Shown here in pieces: positions 49,331 to 61,555 of a stretch of DNA of 64,000 nucleotides. The translations under genes and the position numbers were made by a program. The DNA is from Eledone cirrhosa (Eukaryota): assembly GCA_964016885.1 (NCBI GenBank), contig OZ024740.1, positions 148,118,001 to 148,182,000 of the forward strand, in the 5' to 3' direction. The first letter of the stretch is position 1. Every line of letters starts with the position of its first letter. A model generated the notes under the pieces. The model saw nothing but the letters and a program-made list of their open reading frames with translations. It was not told the origin of the DNA and did not search any database.

Positions 49331-52054
49331 TTACCTGTCACATCCTGGCTGTCCCGTTCTTTCAATAGAGTGAGGGTCGACAGGGTGTCTGTACCTGCTC
49401 GTAACAGCACGTGCACTTAAAACACTTAAAATCTCAGTGCATACTACCAAATCATATATAATTGCGGGTGATGGCAGTATTAATTTTTGCGCACCGTAAA
49501 TGTTGTGAAAGTGTTATATGTATCATTTAGTTGATGGATTCAGGTTTCTAGCTGATTTATGTAAAATTGTGGTAGCTGTGCAGCTGTGTCAATGGTGCAA
49601 TATCATTTGTGTATGAGACTGTGTCTATGTTTTAAGGTATGGAACAACGAATATGTTCAGAAGAATGAGTCCGAATTCTGGAAGTGTTGGTTTTCTAAAC
49701 ACGCAGACTCTTAATGGCCAGACATAGTTTCTAGCCAGCGAGTTATTTAGTCTCTTAAAGATGGGTTGAGTATTTTGAATATAAGTAGACAGTGGAAATA
49801 GACTTGCAAATTTGCTGAAGTCGGTAGCAGGTTCTGCAGAACGTGTGGGATATTTTGTTTTGAAACCATTATGTAGCCTTTCCCTGGTGTTTATGAGTAT
49901 TTTGGTGGTATCCTGTCATGGTCTGAATCCATTTGTGATTTAGAGAAAAGAATGTTACGGTTGAGCTTTTATAAAGTTTTGAAGGTGTACATAGGAAGAA
50001 TTTTGGTACGTATAACACTACTTTACTTTATATATGTGTGTGTTTATATTTGTTGGTGTTGTTGTGTAATCCCAAATCATCTCCAATGGAGAAGTTCGAT
50101 GGAATACAAATAGTTGGCAAGGCGCGACCCACAGATTATTGTTCCGGTTATAACGCACTTCCGCCTAGCTGACAATCATACTGCACGCTCCGACATCTAA
50201 TGATTAATCGAGAGGGTACAATATGGCAGTTTGGACATATACCAATTTCTCCCCTGAGTATGTCCGTAGTATATTTTGGTTGCGGCTATAACGGAGGCGA
50301 GGTAAGGTGGACTCAGTCACAGCGTGACATATGCAGCCCGTGTCCACCTATTGTTTTTTAGTGTGCATATCAACAGAATGTTTTGGGCTGATAAAGTTAT
50401 TGACTTAGAAGAATTATTTATGTTTTTTTTTTAAATTTTGTCTGTGCTGATTAGCAGAGATAGTTTTTAAGATGGTGTTAAATTAGTCTTTTAGAGGTTG
50501 AAGCAAATGTGACAGGTGTTATGGACCTACGATTTTGAAGGGTTTTTTTTTATCTGTTCTTTTACTTATAAGTACATCATATACACTGCATATACGTGTA
50601 CATACCTGAAATCCATACATAGATTTGTGCTTCCACTCATTTATATGTTTTCATGTGTGTTCACTACTGATTATTGAAATTCTTAATGAGCAGTTTCACA
50701 TTTGACATAGGTATATTATCAGCTTTGCACAACCCTGTATATATATATTTAGTTGTTGGTGGAAATGTTTTCATGTAGTTGCAAGGGCTGTTTTTCTGTG
50801 ATGCATATATAAGGCAAGGCATGCTTGTGTGTTAGTCACTATTTGTATTTGCCTTGATAATTATTGTTCACTGTAATGTGATGAGCAGAGAATAATTTTG
50901 ATACGTTCCAGCTCAACTGAAGCTATATCTCTCCTCTAGCTTTGTTAATATCGTTAAGGAATATTTCAACGTCACACCTTCGCAGCATTCTCCTCTATAA
51001 GTATCTTAGGTTTCATTCACATACTGAATCGATTTCGACCTCGTTACTTTACACACTCTGGGTGTTACCCGAGATAATGGAAGATTCTATGTGGTAGTAA
51101 GAAATAACAATCATATCGTAAACCAATGACAGAGCAATTAAATGACCGCTCCTCCTGCGAGAAATATCTTCCTGAAATCACATTTAAATCAGAACAGACA
51201 CATTGGATAACGTAGTCCTAAATACCCAAAGCCAGACGGGATAATTAAGATAAGACTGTCACTGATCATAGGGCTAGTGGTACTAAACGACATATTTTCC
51301 TCATACTTCACATTATCGTTTCATAATATTACCAAACATATATCTAGATGAGATGGTTAAGGGTGGAATATATTTGATTATAACTATGCTCGATCAGAAT
51401 TAACAGATTAAACAGATTCAATAACAACAATCTTACCATGTCTGTACCATGTCTTTAATGTAATTATATTAATATGATCGATTCCGCAATATTATCAATT
51501 ATAGAAGATAAAAGAGGTATATATGGACAAAGCAATTTCGTTAGAGCTTTGCTCATGTTACTAAACAAAATATGAGATGCGACAACAAATATATACGGCT
51601 ATTGTCACTTTTGACCAATCCAATCAGTTACAATCATACAAGTTGACTTGCTCTTTCTTCCATAGAACGATGAGTCACAGAGAAAATAGTTCAACGCTAT
51701 GCGTAATTCTATAAAGTACATCAACTTGTACAACTCACATTGGCTATAGGATTTCACATGTTTTTCTCTACCCACAGCTGTCCTCATTTCCTTTCCTGTT
51801 TTTCTTTTCTTTACAAGACAAATTATTTTCATTCGTTTTCTCTCACCCTTCCTCTCTCTCTTACCTTCTCCCTTCCCTTTTCTCTCAAACAAACAAACAT
51901 ACATTCTAGCATTTAGAAACTCAAATAAAATTGAAGAGATTTAATCAATTATTGTATTTTATAATCTAGAATTATTTTAGTTGAGACAACGAAAAAGTCA
52001 TGTTTAAAAAGGTAAGTATACTGTTAAATAACATAAATATTTATTTGAAAATAT

Positions 52055-52460
52055 TGGTTTCTAATTTTGGCACAAGACCAGCACATACCCCAGTGTGTTA
52101 CTGGTCCTTTATTTTATCGACCCCGTAAGGATGAAAGGCAAAGTTAACCTCGGCGGGATTTGAACTCAGAATGTAAAGGACCGTAACTCTATGCTGTGAT
52201 GCATGTTGTCCGACGCTCTACCAATTCACCACCCTTATTTGAAAATAATGGTTCCTAATGTTGGCACAATATCACTAATTGTGGTGGTGGTGGGTGGGGG
52301 TGGGGGTCGATTATATGGTTCTAGATATTTACTTGAATTTTGTTTATTGACCCCCGAAAAGAGGAAAGGCAAAGTAAATCTCGGTGGGATTTGAACACAG
52401 AGTGTAAAGAACCGGACCTAAACACCGCAAGGCATTTCTTCTGATACTCCAACGATTCTT
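52055..52460 (-). mobile_element. Two tandem SINE copies (52055-52235 and ~52245-52460)
   Basis: ttttatcgaccccgtaaggatgaaaggcaaagttaacctcggcgggatttgaactcag and ttattgacccccgaaaagaggaaaggcaaagtaaatctcggtgggatttgaacacag. Confidence 0.9.
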
Positions 52461-52509
52461 CTTCTTCTTCTTCTTCTTCTTCTTCTTCTTCTTCTTCTTC
52501 TTCTTCTTC

Positions 52510-54093
52510 TATTGTATGTGTTGACTCTCGGGCCATTACTGCACATACTGGTGACGTTGAGGGGAGTCACGCGCGAACTGGGATGCGAGAGAACTGTATC
52601 AGCTTATGCGGACGACATCACTGTAGTGGTGTCAAGGACCAAACACATTGAGATGATCGGCACCGCTCTGGATGAGTACGAGGTAATGACGGGAGCAAAG
52701 AATAACCAGGAAAAGTCGGTGGGCCTGCTGCTCAGCACCTAGTCCATGCTGTTCAACAACGTGACGGGCGCTGGACGGACGAACCAGTTAAATGGCTAGG
52801 GGTCTAGTTTGGTCCGGATCTTCAGACGAACAAAATCTGGGACGAGATGACGAGCAGGGTGGACTCTCTCACCCAGAAATGGGCTGAAAGGAAGCTGTCC
52901 CTGAAAGGTTGCGCGGAGGTGGCGAACGCATACATCGCGTCCGTCATCTAATACCACCTGGTAGTCGTGCCTTGTCCTAAGTCTCGCTTGACTACACAGG
53001 AGCGTTTGCTCTTTCGCCTTTTGTGGAAGGGACGCGCTCCGATGGTCAGGCAGTCCATCTGCTATCAACACCCGCTACTTGAAGGGCTGTGCATACCGTG
53101 GATGATGATGCGCAGACATACGTTGAGGCTCCGGCATCTCCAGCTCTTCCTTGACGGTGAACAGGTGTGGTCGCCGTTTGCTAGACACGTTTTTCCACAG
53201 ATCGTCTCCTTCACGGATGTGCAAACCTAGGTCAAGCGAAGTCCGAGAGATGCACTTGGAGACTGGAATATCTTTAAGCACACCCAGCCCTCAGCCAATC
53301 GGGTACTGCGATCAGTGGAAACTCCACCTTGGCGTTCTATAGAGGGTTAATGGAGGGCAACAGCGACGCCGTCGTTGGGGACCCTCTGGACGTCGATTAA
53401 AATCAACTAGCCAATATCTTCGGGAGAACTTTCAGAAATGCTGGCCCGGCAGTGATACCCAGGATCTTTGCCAGTTCGGGATAAACTTTACAGACATGGA
53501 AGTGACATCAGCCGGATTTGTCCAAGATGCGCGCAGGGCGACGAAACCGTCATGCACGCACTCGTTCAGTGTTCGAGAATTGATGACTTGTGGGTTTATT
53601 TCGAACACCTGCTGTCGCGTGTAGGACGGATCCGGCTATCAGCTTAGTCCGGGAAGGGCAAGCAGTTTTTATCTGCCTGGTGGCCATGGCGAAAAAGGTC
53701 ACTTGGAAGGACTGAAGTCGTTCACTTACCTTTTCGGCGAAGCCCTGATTAACTTTTTCAAATTTCATTTCAAAAGGAAAATCAGGGTGGAGAGGGATGT
53801 GCTCCCTTCCCAGCAATTTGTTGAAAGATGGGTGAGAGAGGCGAGCATGCCCCGAGTGAATGGATCTGCTCTGAGTATGCGCCTGTAGATTGGACGTGGA
53901 AAACTGGGAGAGGTGGAAAACGTTCCCTAGTGGTAAGGGTCATCGTGGCTTTTATGTGGGCTTTCTCCATGAGTGACCATCGGTGAATTTTCCTTTGTTT
54001 TTGTTTTTCTTTTATACACACAGAAACCCATATTTGTGCTGCCCTTAATTAATTTTTGTTTTTTGTAAACCATTTTGTAGTTAATAAAGCAAA
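52510..54093 (+). mobile_element. 5'-truncated decayed copy of the Tx1-family LINE (RT C-terminal half to 3' UTR), preceded by (TTC)n
   Basis: LYVLTLGPLL..RELGCERTVSAYADD, PCPKSRLTTQERLLFRLLWKGRAPMVR and LINFFKFHFKRKIRVER are collinear with 31258-32960. AATAAA at ~54083. Confidence 0.92.
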
Positions 54094-54094
54094 C

Positions 54095-54317
54095 GATGGA
54101 TTGGCAGTATCGGTAGAGCGTCGGACACCATACTTCGTTGCATAGAGTTACGAACCTTTACGTTCTGAGTTCAAATCCTGCCGAAGTTAGCTTTGTCTTT
54201 CATACATACGGGGTCGATAAAATAAAGCACCAGTAACGTACTGAGGTCGATTTAATCGACTTTCCCCTCCCCCAAATCACTGGCTTTGTGCCTATATAAG
54301 AAATCATTATTATTATT
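54095..54317 (+). mobile_element. SINE copy
   Basis: tggattggcagtatcggtagagcgtcggacacc...gagttcaaatcctgccg...acggggtcgataaaataaagcaccag. Confidence 0.9.
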
Positions 54318-55530
54318 CGCCCACTTATTCCTTGTAGGGTCCTAGGGGAAGGGCACGCCTTCCAGTAAATTCTGTCAGAAGCAACCTAATTGATCCGGCT
54401 GGATCCCCAAGTGAGCCCGAACGAGCCTATGAGTGTTATACGGCCACCTTGTTCAGAGAGTAACCTTGTGTTTCCTATCGGTTGGTTTTGTCCATAAAAT
54501 CTGTCCAGCGAATCTGTTCTTAGATATTCTGACCACTTGTCCGTAGTATCGGGGCTGTGATCACTCAAGTCAGAGAAGTAGTGACACTACCTGGAGCAAA
54601 TTCCCGATTTCCGAGCTATGCACCCTATCGAATAACTTTATTCCAAAAATCCTCCAGAGGAATCCCATTTCAACAGTTTATATTCGCGCTCGTATTCTTT
54701 CTATCATTACTCAAGAGTAATTACTCAATCACTCCTTTCCATGTCAGGTAGCCAATGTCAACACGTGCATTGAAGCCTGCCATTATGATTTATGTTCTCC
54801 GTTATAACTGCATCTAACGCCACAGTAACTTCAAGAAAGAGTCTGTATTTGGACTCTGGCGCATAAACTTGCATCAACCACTGAGACCTTTATTTCAGCC
54901 TAAGCTTCAAGAAGCAAATCCACCCTCCCGATGGAATCCAGTTGATAACACATTCCGACAACCGGAGACTTGTGAGTATCCCCACTTCCACCTGTGCATC
55001 TTTGTGGGTATGCAACCTTTTTGCGTCTATCCTACCCTTCCCAGAACAAGTCCCAATCCCATTGCCTCTTCTCACATCGTTTGATGGTGAATGCAATACA
55101 TTTTTTAACAGCCCCCCCCCCCCCCCTTACTTAAGTCCTGAATGATTCCCTTGTTACCTCACGCAAAAGAAGATGCGGTATGAACCCTTTTGTTGCCTCT
55201 TACGATACAGCAGTTTCGGTGGTCTTATTTGTGCCAGTTACCAATTTGGTAATTTTCTCAGACCCGTGAAGACCACCTTTTCCTAGAGGCGACCTTTACT
55301 CGCCTCATTGTAGTTACATCGTAAGGTTGTGAGAGTTTTCTTGAGAGCTAAGAGTGTCACCCATTGTTCTATCTCTCTAGTAGCTTACCGTTATTATATC
55401 GAGGTTGCTTATTTTTCCGACAGGAGCTCATTTATATCGCAACTTGCTATTATATCTGGAGGCCGTATCCCTATCCACCACCTGCGACCCGTTATCTAGC
55501 TGATCAACTCTGCCGAGAAACTGTTGTTTT
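54318..55530 (-). mobile_element. Internally deleted, decayed RTE-clade LINE (5' UTR + APE start + probable 3' end)
   Basis: AQVEVGILTSLRLSECVINWIPSGGWICFLKL resembles the APE segment GVG.L.......V..W.P...RI..LRL. A degenerate GDFNARVG-like segment follows. The 5' part ggtggtggatagggatacggcctccagatat resembles recalled RTE 5' UTRs. Confidence 0.6.
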
Positions 55531-55849
55531 TTTAATAATAAAGAAATAATATTGATTTGGGTGCCAAGTCATACGGGTGTCATGGGGTGACAAGAAATCA
55601 GTTGAATTATCTATAACAGGATGTACAAAGTGAAATTGATATAAATTACATTTCAGATATATCCGGAATAAAACCATTTCGTAAAAACAAAATCAGTCAT
55701 GGGTGGAAATATATTGGGACGAATCAATAGATAAAATATCAAACTTTAATCCTCCATTATCTACCAGATTTATCACCGGATAAATCTTATCAATTACTGA
55801 ACAATATATAAATATATCTCTATATCATAAACTATCACGTACAGATCGT

Positions 55850-55970
55850 AAAGGCAGTGAATTGGCAGAGTCGTTAGGGCGTTAGTATTTGTTGCGGATG
55901 TATGCGCTATGAGTTCAAGGTCGATAAATAAAGTATCAGTCCAGTACTGGGATTGATTCTTTCCTTCTCT
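55850..55970 (+). mobile_element. Degenerate SINE with internal deletion
   Basis: aaggcagtgaattggcagagtcgttagggcg...gagttcaaggtcgataaataaagtatcagt. Confidence 0.75.
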
Positions 55971-56470
55971 GGAATAAAAAGACTGATTTACGACCTGAAA
56001 AAAGGTGGACTCCGCAAATTTTGAAAATGCTCAAGACACCCAGTGCATGAAACGGCGCCCCTATGCTTCTATCAAGCATTAAGAGTCCTTTACTTTTTCT
56101 TTTTACAGATCACATGAAACGACCTTTATGTTCTTGTAGAGACATTTCAGGACATTTAGATGTTAGGTATTTCATTGTAAAAATTAAAACATTAAGAGAG
56201 GTTACAAATATTAAAGTTACAAATCATTTGCAGCAATCTCCCAAACATTAATAAGTTCTTTCAATTCACAGAAGCAACCAAATGTTTTAACATACACAAA
56301 AAAAAAAAAAATTAAATATTATTTTTCCATTTCATTAAACTATATTAGTACAGTATTAAAATATTTTTTTGCCTCTTATAGCTTTCTTGGTTTACTCCAA
56401 GATATTCACACACACACATATGTGTGTGTGTGTTTGTGCGTGTATGTGTGTATGTGCGCGCTTATGAATA

Positions 56471-56534
<64 letters not shown>

Positions 56535-56862
56535 GAGCTAACTGGCCAGGGTTGTGCAACCTCACTCAAGTCGGTGAAGATAAAATGAAGCGCTCAACGA
56601 CAAGTATAAAATATATAAACAAATAAATTCAAACCACTTCAAGGTTTTTATGATACCAAGGGCCCGGCAATTTGTTGTTGGTTCTAGGTCGGCCGGCTTC
56701 TGTATGGTCCCTAGCATCCTTGGTGGAAGTGTGCGTCAGTCTTCTACCACGTGTCACTTTCGCTAGATGTCAAAATTGTTAATATTCTCTTTTCTCTCTC
56801 GCTGGCGAGTAATGGTCTACCTGGTTTTACCGCTTCCATTCTGACACACACACACACACACA

Positions 56863-56935
<73 letters not shown>

Positions 56936-56996
56936 TCACATATATATATATATATATATCACAATAAAGAGAGAACACACACGAACACACCCACAC

Positions 56997-57036
<40 letters not shown>

Positions 57037-57256
57037 GTGTGCGTGATCAAATCATAAGGGATACAAAACTGTGTTATAAAGGGCTCGGAATTTTTTCCTT
57101 GAGCTAATTTGATTAAAAGGGAGTATTGTGAGATTTTAACTCAACACACACACACACATATAATGTATAACATATTTGCAATATATATTGTCACCCTCCA
57201 TACACATATATATAAATATATATATAGACATATATGTATTCATGTATGTATAGATG

Positions 57257-57287
<31 letters not shown>

Positions 57288-57312
57288 ATACCTATATATT
57301 TCTATGTATATG

Positions 57313-57386
<74 letters not shown>

Positions 57387-57789
57387 TATGTCTGTAGATA
57401 GATAGATAGATACGAATGTTGATGTGGATGGACCTTTTTATTTTAACACCTAAACAGATGTCTGTTTAATTTCCCCCTTTTTTTACAGTACAACAAAAAT
57501 ACAATAAAAAGATGCAAAATGGAGAATTGTGTATAAAATGTCATTTAAAACTGTCGTTCCATTGAGTTAACAAATAGAATTAACCAGATTATTGGATCTA
57601 TTGTTTAAGTGTGACGATGGGGGGGGGGGGGGGCTGAAAAGTGCGAGGGAGTTGAGAGGATGAATTGAGGGAAATAATGAGAGAAGAAAGAAGGGGATAG
57701 AGAAAAGGAGAGGGAGAGAGAAGAGAGAAAGAGAGATAGATAGAGAGAGGGGGTGACAGATAGATAGATAGATAGATAGATAGATTGAA

Positions 57790-57836
<47 letters not shown>

Positions 57837-58295
57837 TGTGGTTTCGTTTTTATGAGCGAGAAAATACAAAAGAGCTATGTCAAATTCTCGCGAGGCAACG
57901 AACATAGAAAATGGACAACCAAGGCAAATAGAAATCAGATGTCACACCGATTGATTGTACGATTGTCCAAAATAAAAGGGGTGGAAAAGAGGAGTACACT
58001 AAAACAATATAAAGTGCAAAATGAAATGCAAAAAATAAATTTCACATAAAATATACACACGCACATAGACACACGAACACACACACACGAACACACAGGC
58101 ACTCTCTTACACACATACAAAGATATTCATACACACTCACACAACCATCAATATTCAATTTCGGTGTCTTAGTGTCGGATCATGTTAGTGTCGACATTTT
58201 TTTATTTTTTTTTATTTTGGCCTGGTTCTATTGATACTTTCCCAGCTGGATAAACTGTATGTTAAAGTCAATCACCTATTACTTGTTATATATAT

Positions 58296-58494
58296 ATAGG
58301 AGAAGTATGACTCCGACGGCAGAGCTCAAGATGTTTCGACAGCTATTTCTGGACTGAGTCCAGAAATAGCTGTCGATCAGCTTGAGCTCTGCCGTCGGGG
58401 TCATACTTCTCCTATTACCCACTCTACTACCCTAAGTATTGAGTACTCTGGTGCGTTATGGTCCATCTGGTTCCTTACTACAACTACTTCGTTA
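58296..58494. mobile_element. Second copy of the hairpin-plus-tail element (hairpin 58296-58415), in (TA)n
   Basis: ataggagaagtatgactccgacggcagagctcaag...tttctggac-tga-gtccagaaa...cttgagctctgccgtcggggtcatacttctcctat. The tail is the reverse complement of 9300-9378. Confidence 0.9.
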
Positions 58495-58503
58495 TATATA
58501 TAC

Positions 58504-58586
<83 letters not shown>

Positions 58587-58980
58587 ACTCTCTTAACCAA
58601 GAGTGGGACTGGCTTTGTGCAGTGCCTTTGCTCACTATAAAAGCTTCACGGCACAGGCATTGCTTTATATCTGGAGATCTCTCGGCACTTGTTGTCACAT
58701 GGTACCATGGGCCCAGCACTATGTGTCAATAATTGTCACAAGTGTAGTGTTAGTACCAGAGTTTTCAAGTCGCTGGCTGGACTAAAAAGTCACACTTGTT
58801 ATGAGCATCGGTAGGGGTTCTCCTACATGGATATAAAGTAGTGGCTGTACTCGAAAACGAGTTGGCAGCCACCATATATATATATATAGTAATAATAATA
58901 AATTTGAAGACTAAAATCTAAAGAGGGCTCGATAAGGATAAATATATATCAAATATATAAGAACCGTAGAGCAAACATTT

Positions 58981-60364
58981 ATTAAAATAACAGATTAAAG
59001 TTTAAGCAAAGAATCGCTGCTTTCACCCTTAACGGGATCTTCTGAAACTAACAAAGTCAATTTGTAAACGCAGAAGTGGATATTTCAAAAAACGTTGCAA
59101 CCGGAGGAAGACAGGAAGACGATACTTTGGTTCGTGGAAACGTTCCCTGGCAAAGAACGGGAAAAAACGAATATAATACGTCATTAATAGGAGCGGGGAA
59201 AAACAATTACACGCAAAGACAGAACCACGTATAAAAGACGTTCTCTGGCAATGAACCGAAAAAAACGAAGATAATTGCCTTAGATTTTCGGCTTGTAAAC
59301 ATAAATTGCACAAAACTTTCCTGTATTACATCCCCACATTATACCCTAACGGATAGTACGATCTATACGTGGATATTTTACGTCTTGATGTGGTAGCTAA
59401 GTATATGTTATGTTTATACCATTACTTATTTGCATAGGTAAGTATATATTACCTGTATGTTTTGTGAAGGTACGTATACTTTCTCGTACGTATATTTGAT
59501 TGTATATGTTATGGCGTATATTTTTATATATTCTGGTACATATGCTTTTGGTTATGTGTATACGGGAGTTTTGTGTCTGTGTGAGTATGCGGGTTCGTAC
59601 GTATGTTGGGTGTGTGTATATGTGTACTTCATGTTTTGGTTGACGTATGTCTCCGAACATTTGTGTATTTACATGTAGGTATGTGTGTTCGCTTGTTATA
59701 TACGTATTTATTTATTTATATACGTTTATTTAATTACTTATTTATTTGTATACACGCACACACACATATGTATATGTGCGTGGTTTTGTATACCTATGGC
59801 GAGTGTTTTCGCGTATGCTTGTGTATGTACGTATTTGGATGCGTGTATGTATTTATTTAATTTCAATTACCTCTGTATTTTATTTACTTTATTCTTAACT
59901 CTGAAGCGGAGAATCATTCGGTTTCCTAGTTAGAATTTTAGTCTACGACTTCAGCTATAACATTTATGTGGTTTTGTCTTTGCGTGCAATTGTTCTCCCC
60001 GCTCCACATATGACGTATTATCGTCGTTTTTTTTTTCGTTCATTGCCAGAGAACGTCTCTATGAACCACCTAAGAGAACATTAGTCTACGACTTCTTTTA
60101 TACCATAAACGTGGTTCTGTCTTTGCGTGTAATTGTTTTTCACCTTCACCGCTCCTATTAATGACGTATTATATTCGTTTTTTCCCGTTCTTTGCCAGGG
60201 AGCGTTTCCACGAACCAAAGTATCGTCTTCCCGTCTTCCTCCGGTTGCAACGTTTTTTGAAATATCCACTTCTGCGTTTACAGATTGACTTTGTTAGTTT
60301 CAGAAGATCCCGTTAAGGGTGAAAGCAGCGATTCTTTGCTTAAACTTTAATCTGTTATTTTAAT
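58981..60364. mobile_element. Foldback-type element: ~290-340-bp inverted arms around a ~750-bp low-complexity spacer, with a ~140-bp tandem duplication inside the right arm
   Basis: attaaaataacagattaaagtttaagcaaagaatcgctgc... pairs with ...gcagcgattctttgcttaaactttaatctgttattttaat. ttagtctacgacttc occurs at both ~59938 and 60081. Confidence 0.88.
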
Positions 60365-60618
60365 ATATATCCTAAACGGACTACCGTCCGTTTAGTAATA
60401 TTGTTGTGGTCGTGTTTTCGTTGGCAATCGTCTGTTTACGACAGTACAGCGCGGCTCTACTTTATTTAACTGAGATAAAACTTATATGAGCATGAACAGT
60501 AGATCATTACGCATCTTTTGGCTTAAAAATCTAGAAATTTGGTCCAGCGGGAAAAAGTTTATAATCAAAGTTTGCTGATAAATCTTGTGTTCAAGCGAGT
60601 GAGTAGTAAGCGTGACGC

Positions 60619-60749
60619 TAGGGGAGGTAATCCAGAAATGACGAATTTTTTTCGGCGGAACTCTTGTGATTGTGATTACGTTAGTCAAATGTAGTCAAAT
60701 CGCCGAATCCCCTCCTCCTAATTGACTACGTCATTTCTGAACGGCCCTA
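60619..60749. mobile_element. Small MITE with imperfect TIRs
   Basis: taggggaggtaatccagaaatgacg ... cgtcatttctgaacggcccta. Confidence 0.6.
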
Positions 60750-60856
60750 CTTGCGTCAGTGTGAAACATTACTTCACCTTTCACTGCTAAAATGCTTTTT
60801 AAATACTTCGTTAAAAATTTATGTTTATTATCAAAGCTATTTTTTGTACCAATCTA

Positions 60857-61282
60857 TCAATAGTTTGCGAAAATATAGGTAAACATGTAAGTTAAATTTT
60901 TTTTAATCGCATCGATCGCTTTGTCGCACCGACAGTGACAATGTCTGACTGTCTGTCTGACTGACACCTTTGTCGGACCGACACCTATTGGATCACCTCT
61001 CATCAATGGCATTGGGTATCTGAGATAGTCGTGGAGATAACTGATGAAGTCACAAATGAAGTGATGGTCTTCCAATGTGAACAACTCCCTATATCCATTG
61101 ATATATGTGATGGCTTTCGATTCATAGGTGCATTTTATGAGGAATTCCATGCATCCGATTTTCAGTGATTCAATGGGCATTTTATCAGAGATGATAAGGT
61201 ATTTGACCACGTTTTGCTTTGTAAGTAAATTGGAGAGAATCACTGCAGTCAAAGTCATTTCTTTGCATGGGTTTTTGTCCAT
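60857..61282 (-). CDS. Orphan 141-aa ORF, possible coding exon of unknown origin
   Basis: Normal-complexity 426-nt open frame. A pyrimidine tract and AG (ttttaactttttag|aATG) lie immediately upstream, and AATAAA at 60829-60824 lies just after the stop. No recognised domain. Confidence 0.35.
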   Translation of the reverse strand: MDKNPCKEMTLTAVILSNLLTKQNVVKYLIISDKMPIESLKIGCMEFLIKCTYESKAITYINGYRELFTLEDHHFICDFISYLHDYLRYPMPLMRGDPIGVGPTKVSVRQTVRHCHCRCDKAIDAIKKNLTYMFTYIFANY

Positions 61283-61555
61283 TCTAAAAAGTTAAAATGA
61301 TAAAGTATTACTACTATATAACTTACATCTATTGTTGTAACACCATTGAAATGCACAAGTTTCACCAATTCACTATTATGCACTAATCATCTCAAATGCA
61401 TTCATGATTTACTAGCTTTGTCATTAAGCCAGTTGCCTCAACTAGATTGCAATTATACTCAAAAGAACTTTAAAATGTCAATCACTTGTCAGTAATTCAC
61501 TATGATCATTTAATTATTAGATAGTTGTTGCTTGCATTGCATTAAAAAATAGTAG

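Noticed and set aside
48470-50350. Possible decayed autonomous Penelope or LINE ORF on the minus strand
   Set aside because: The strand bias is suggestive, but no RT or GIY-YIG motif could be read. It needs a TBLASTX/HMM search.
51600-51760. CCAAT boxes and TGAGTCA as a promoter or enhancer
   Set aside because: Short motifs expected by chance, with no linked gene or TSS evidence.
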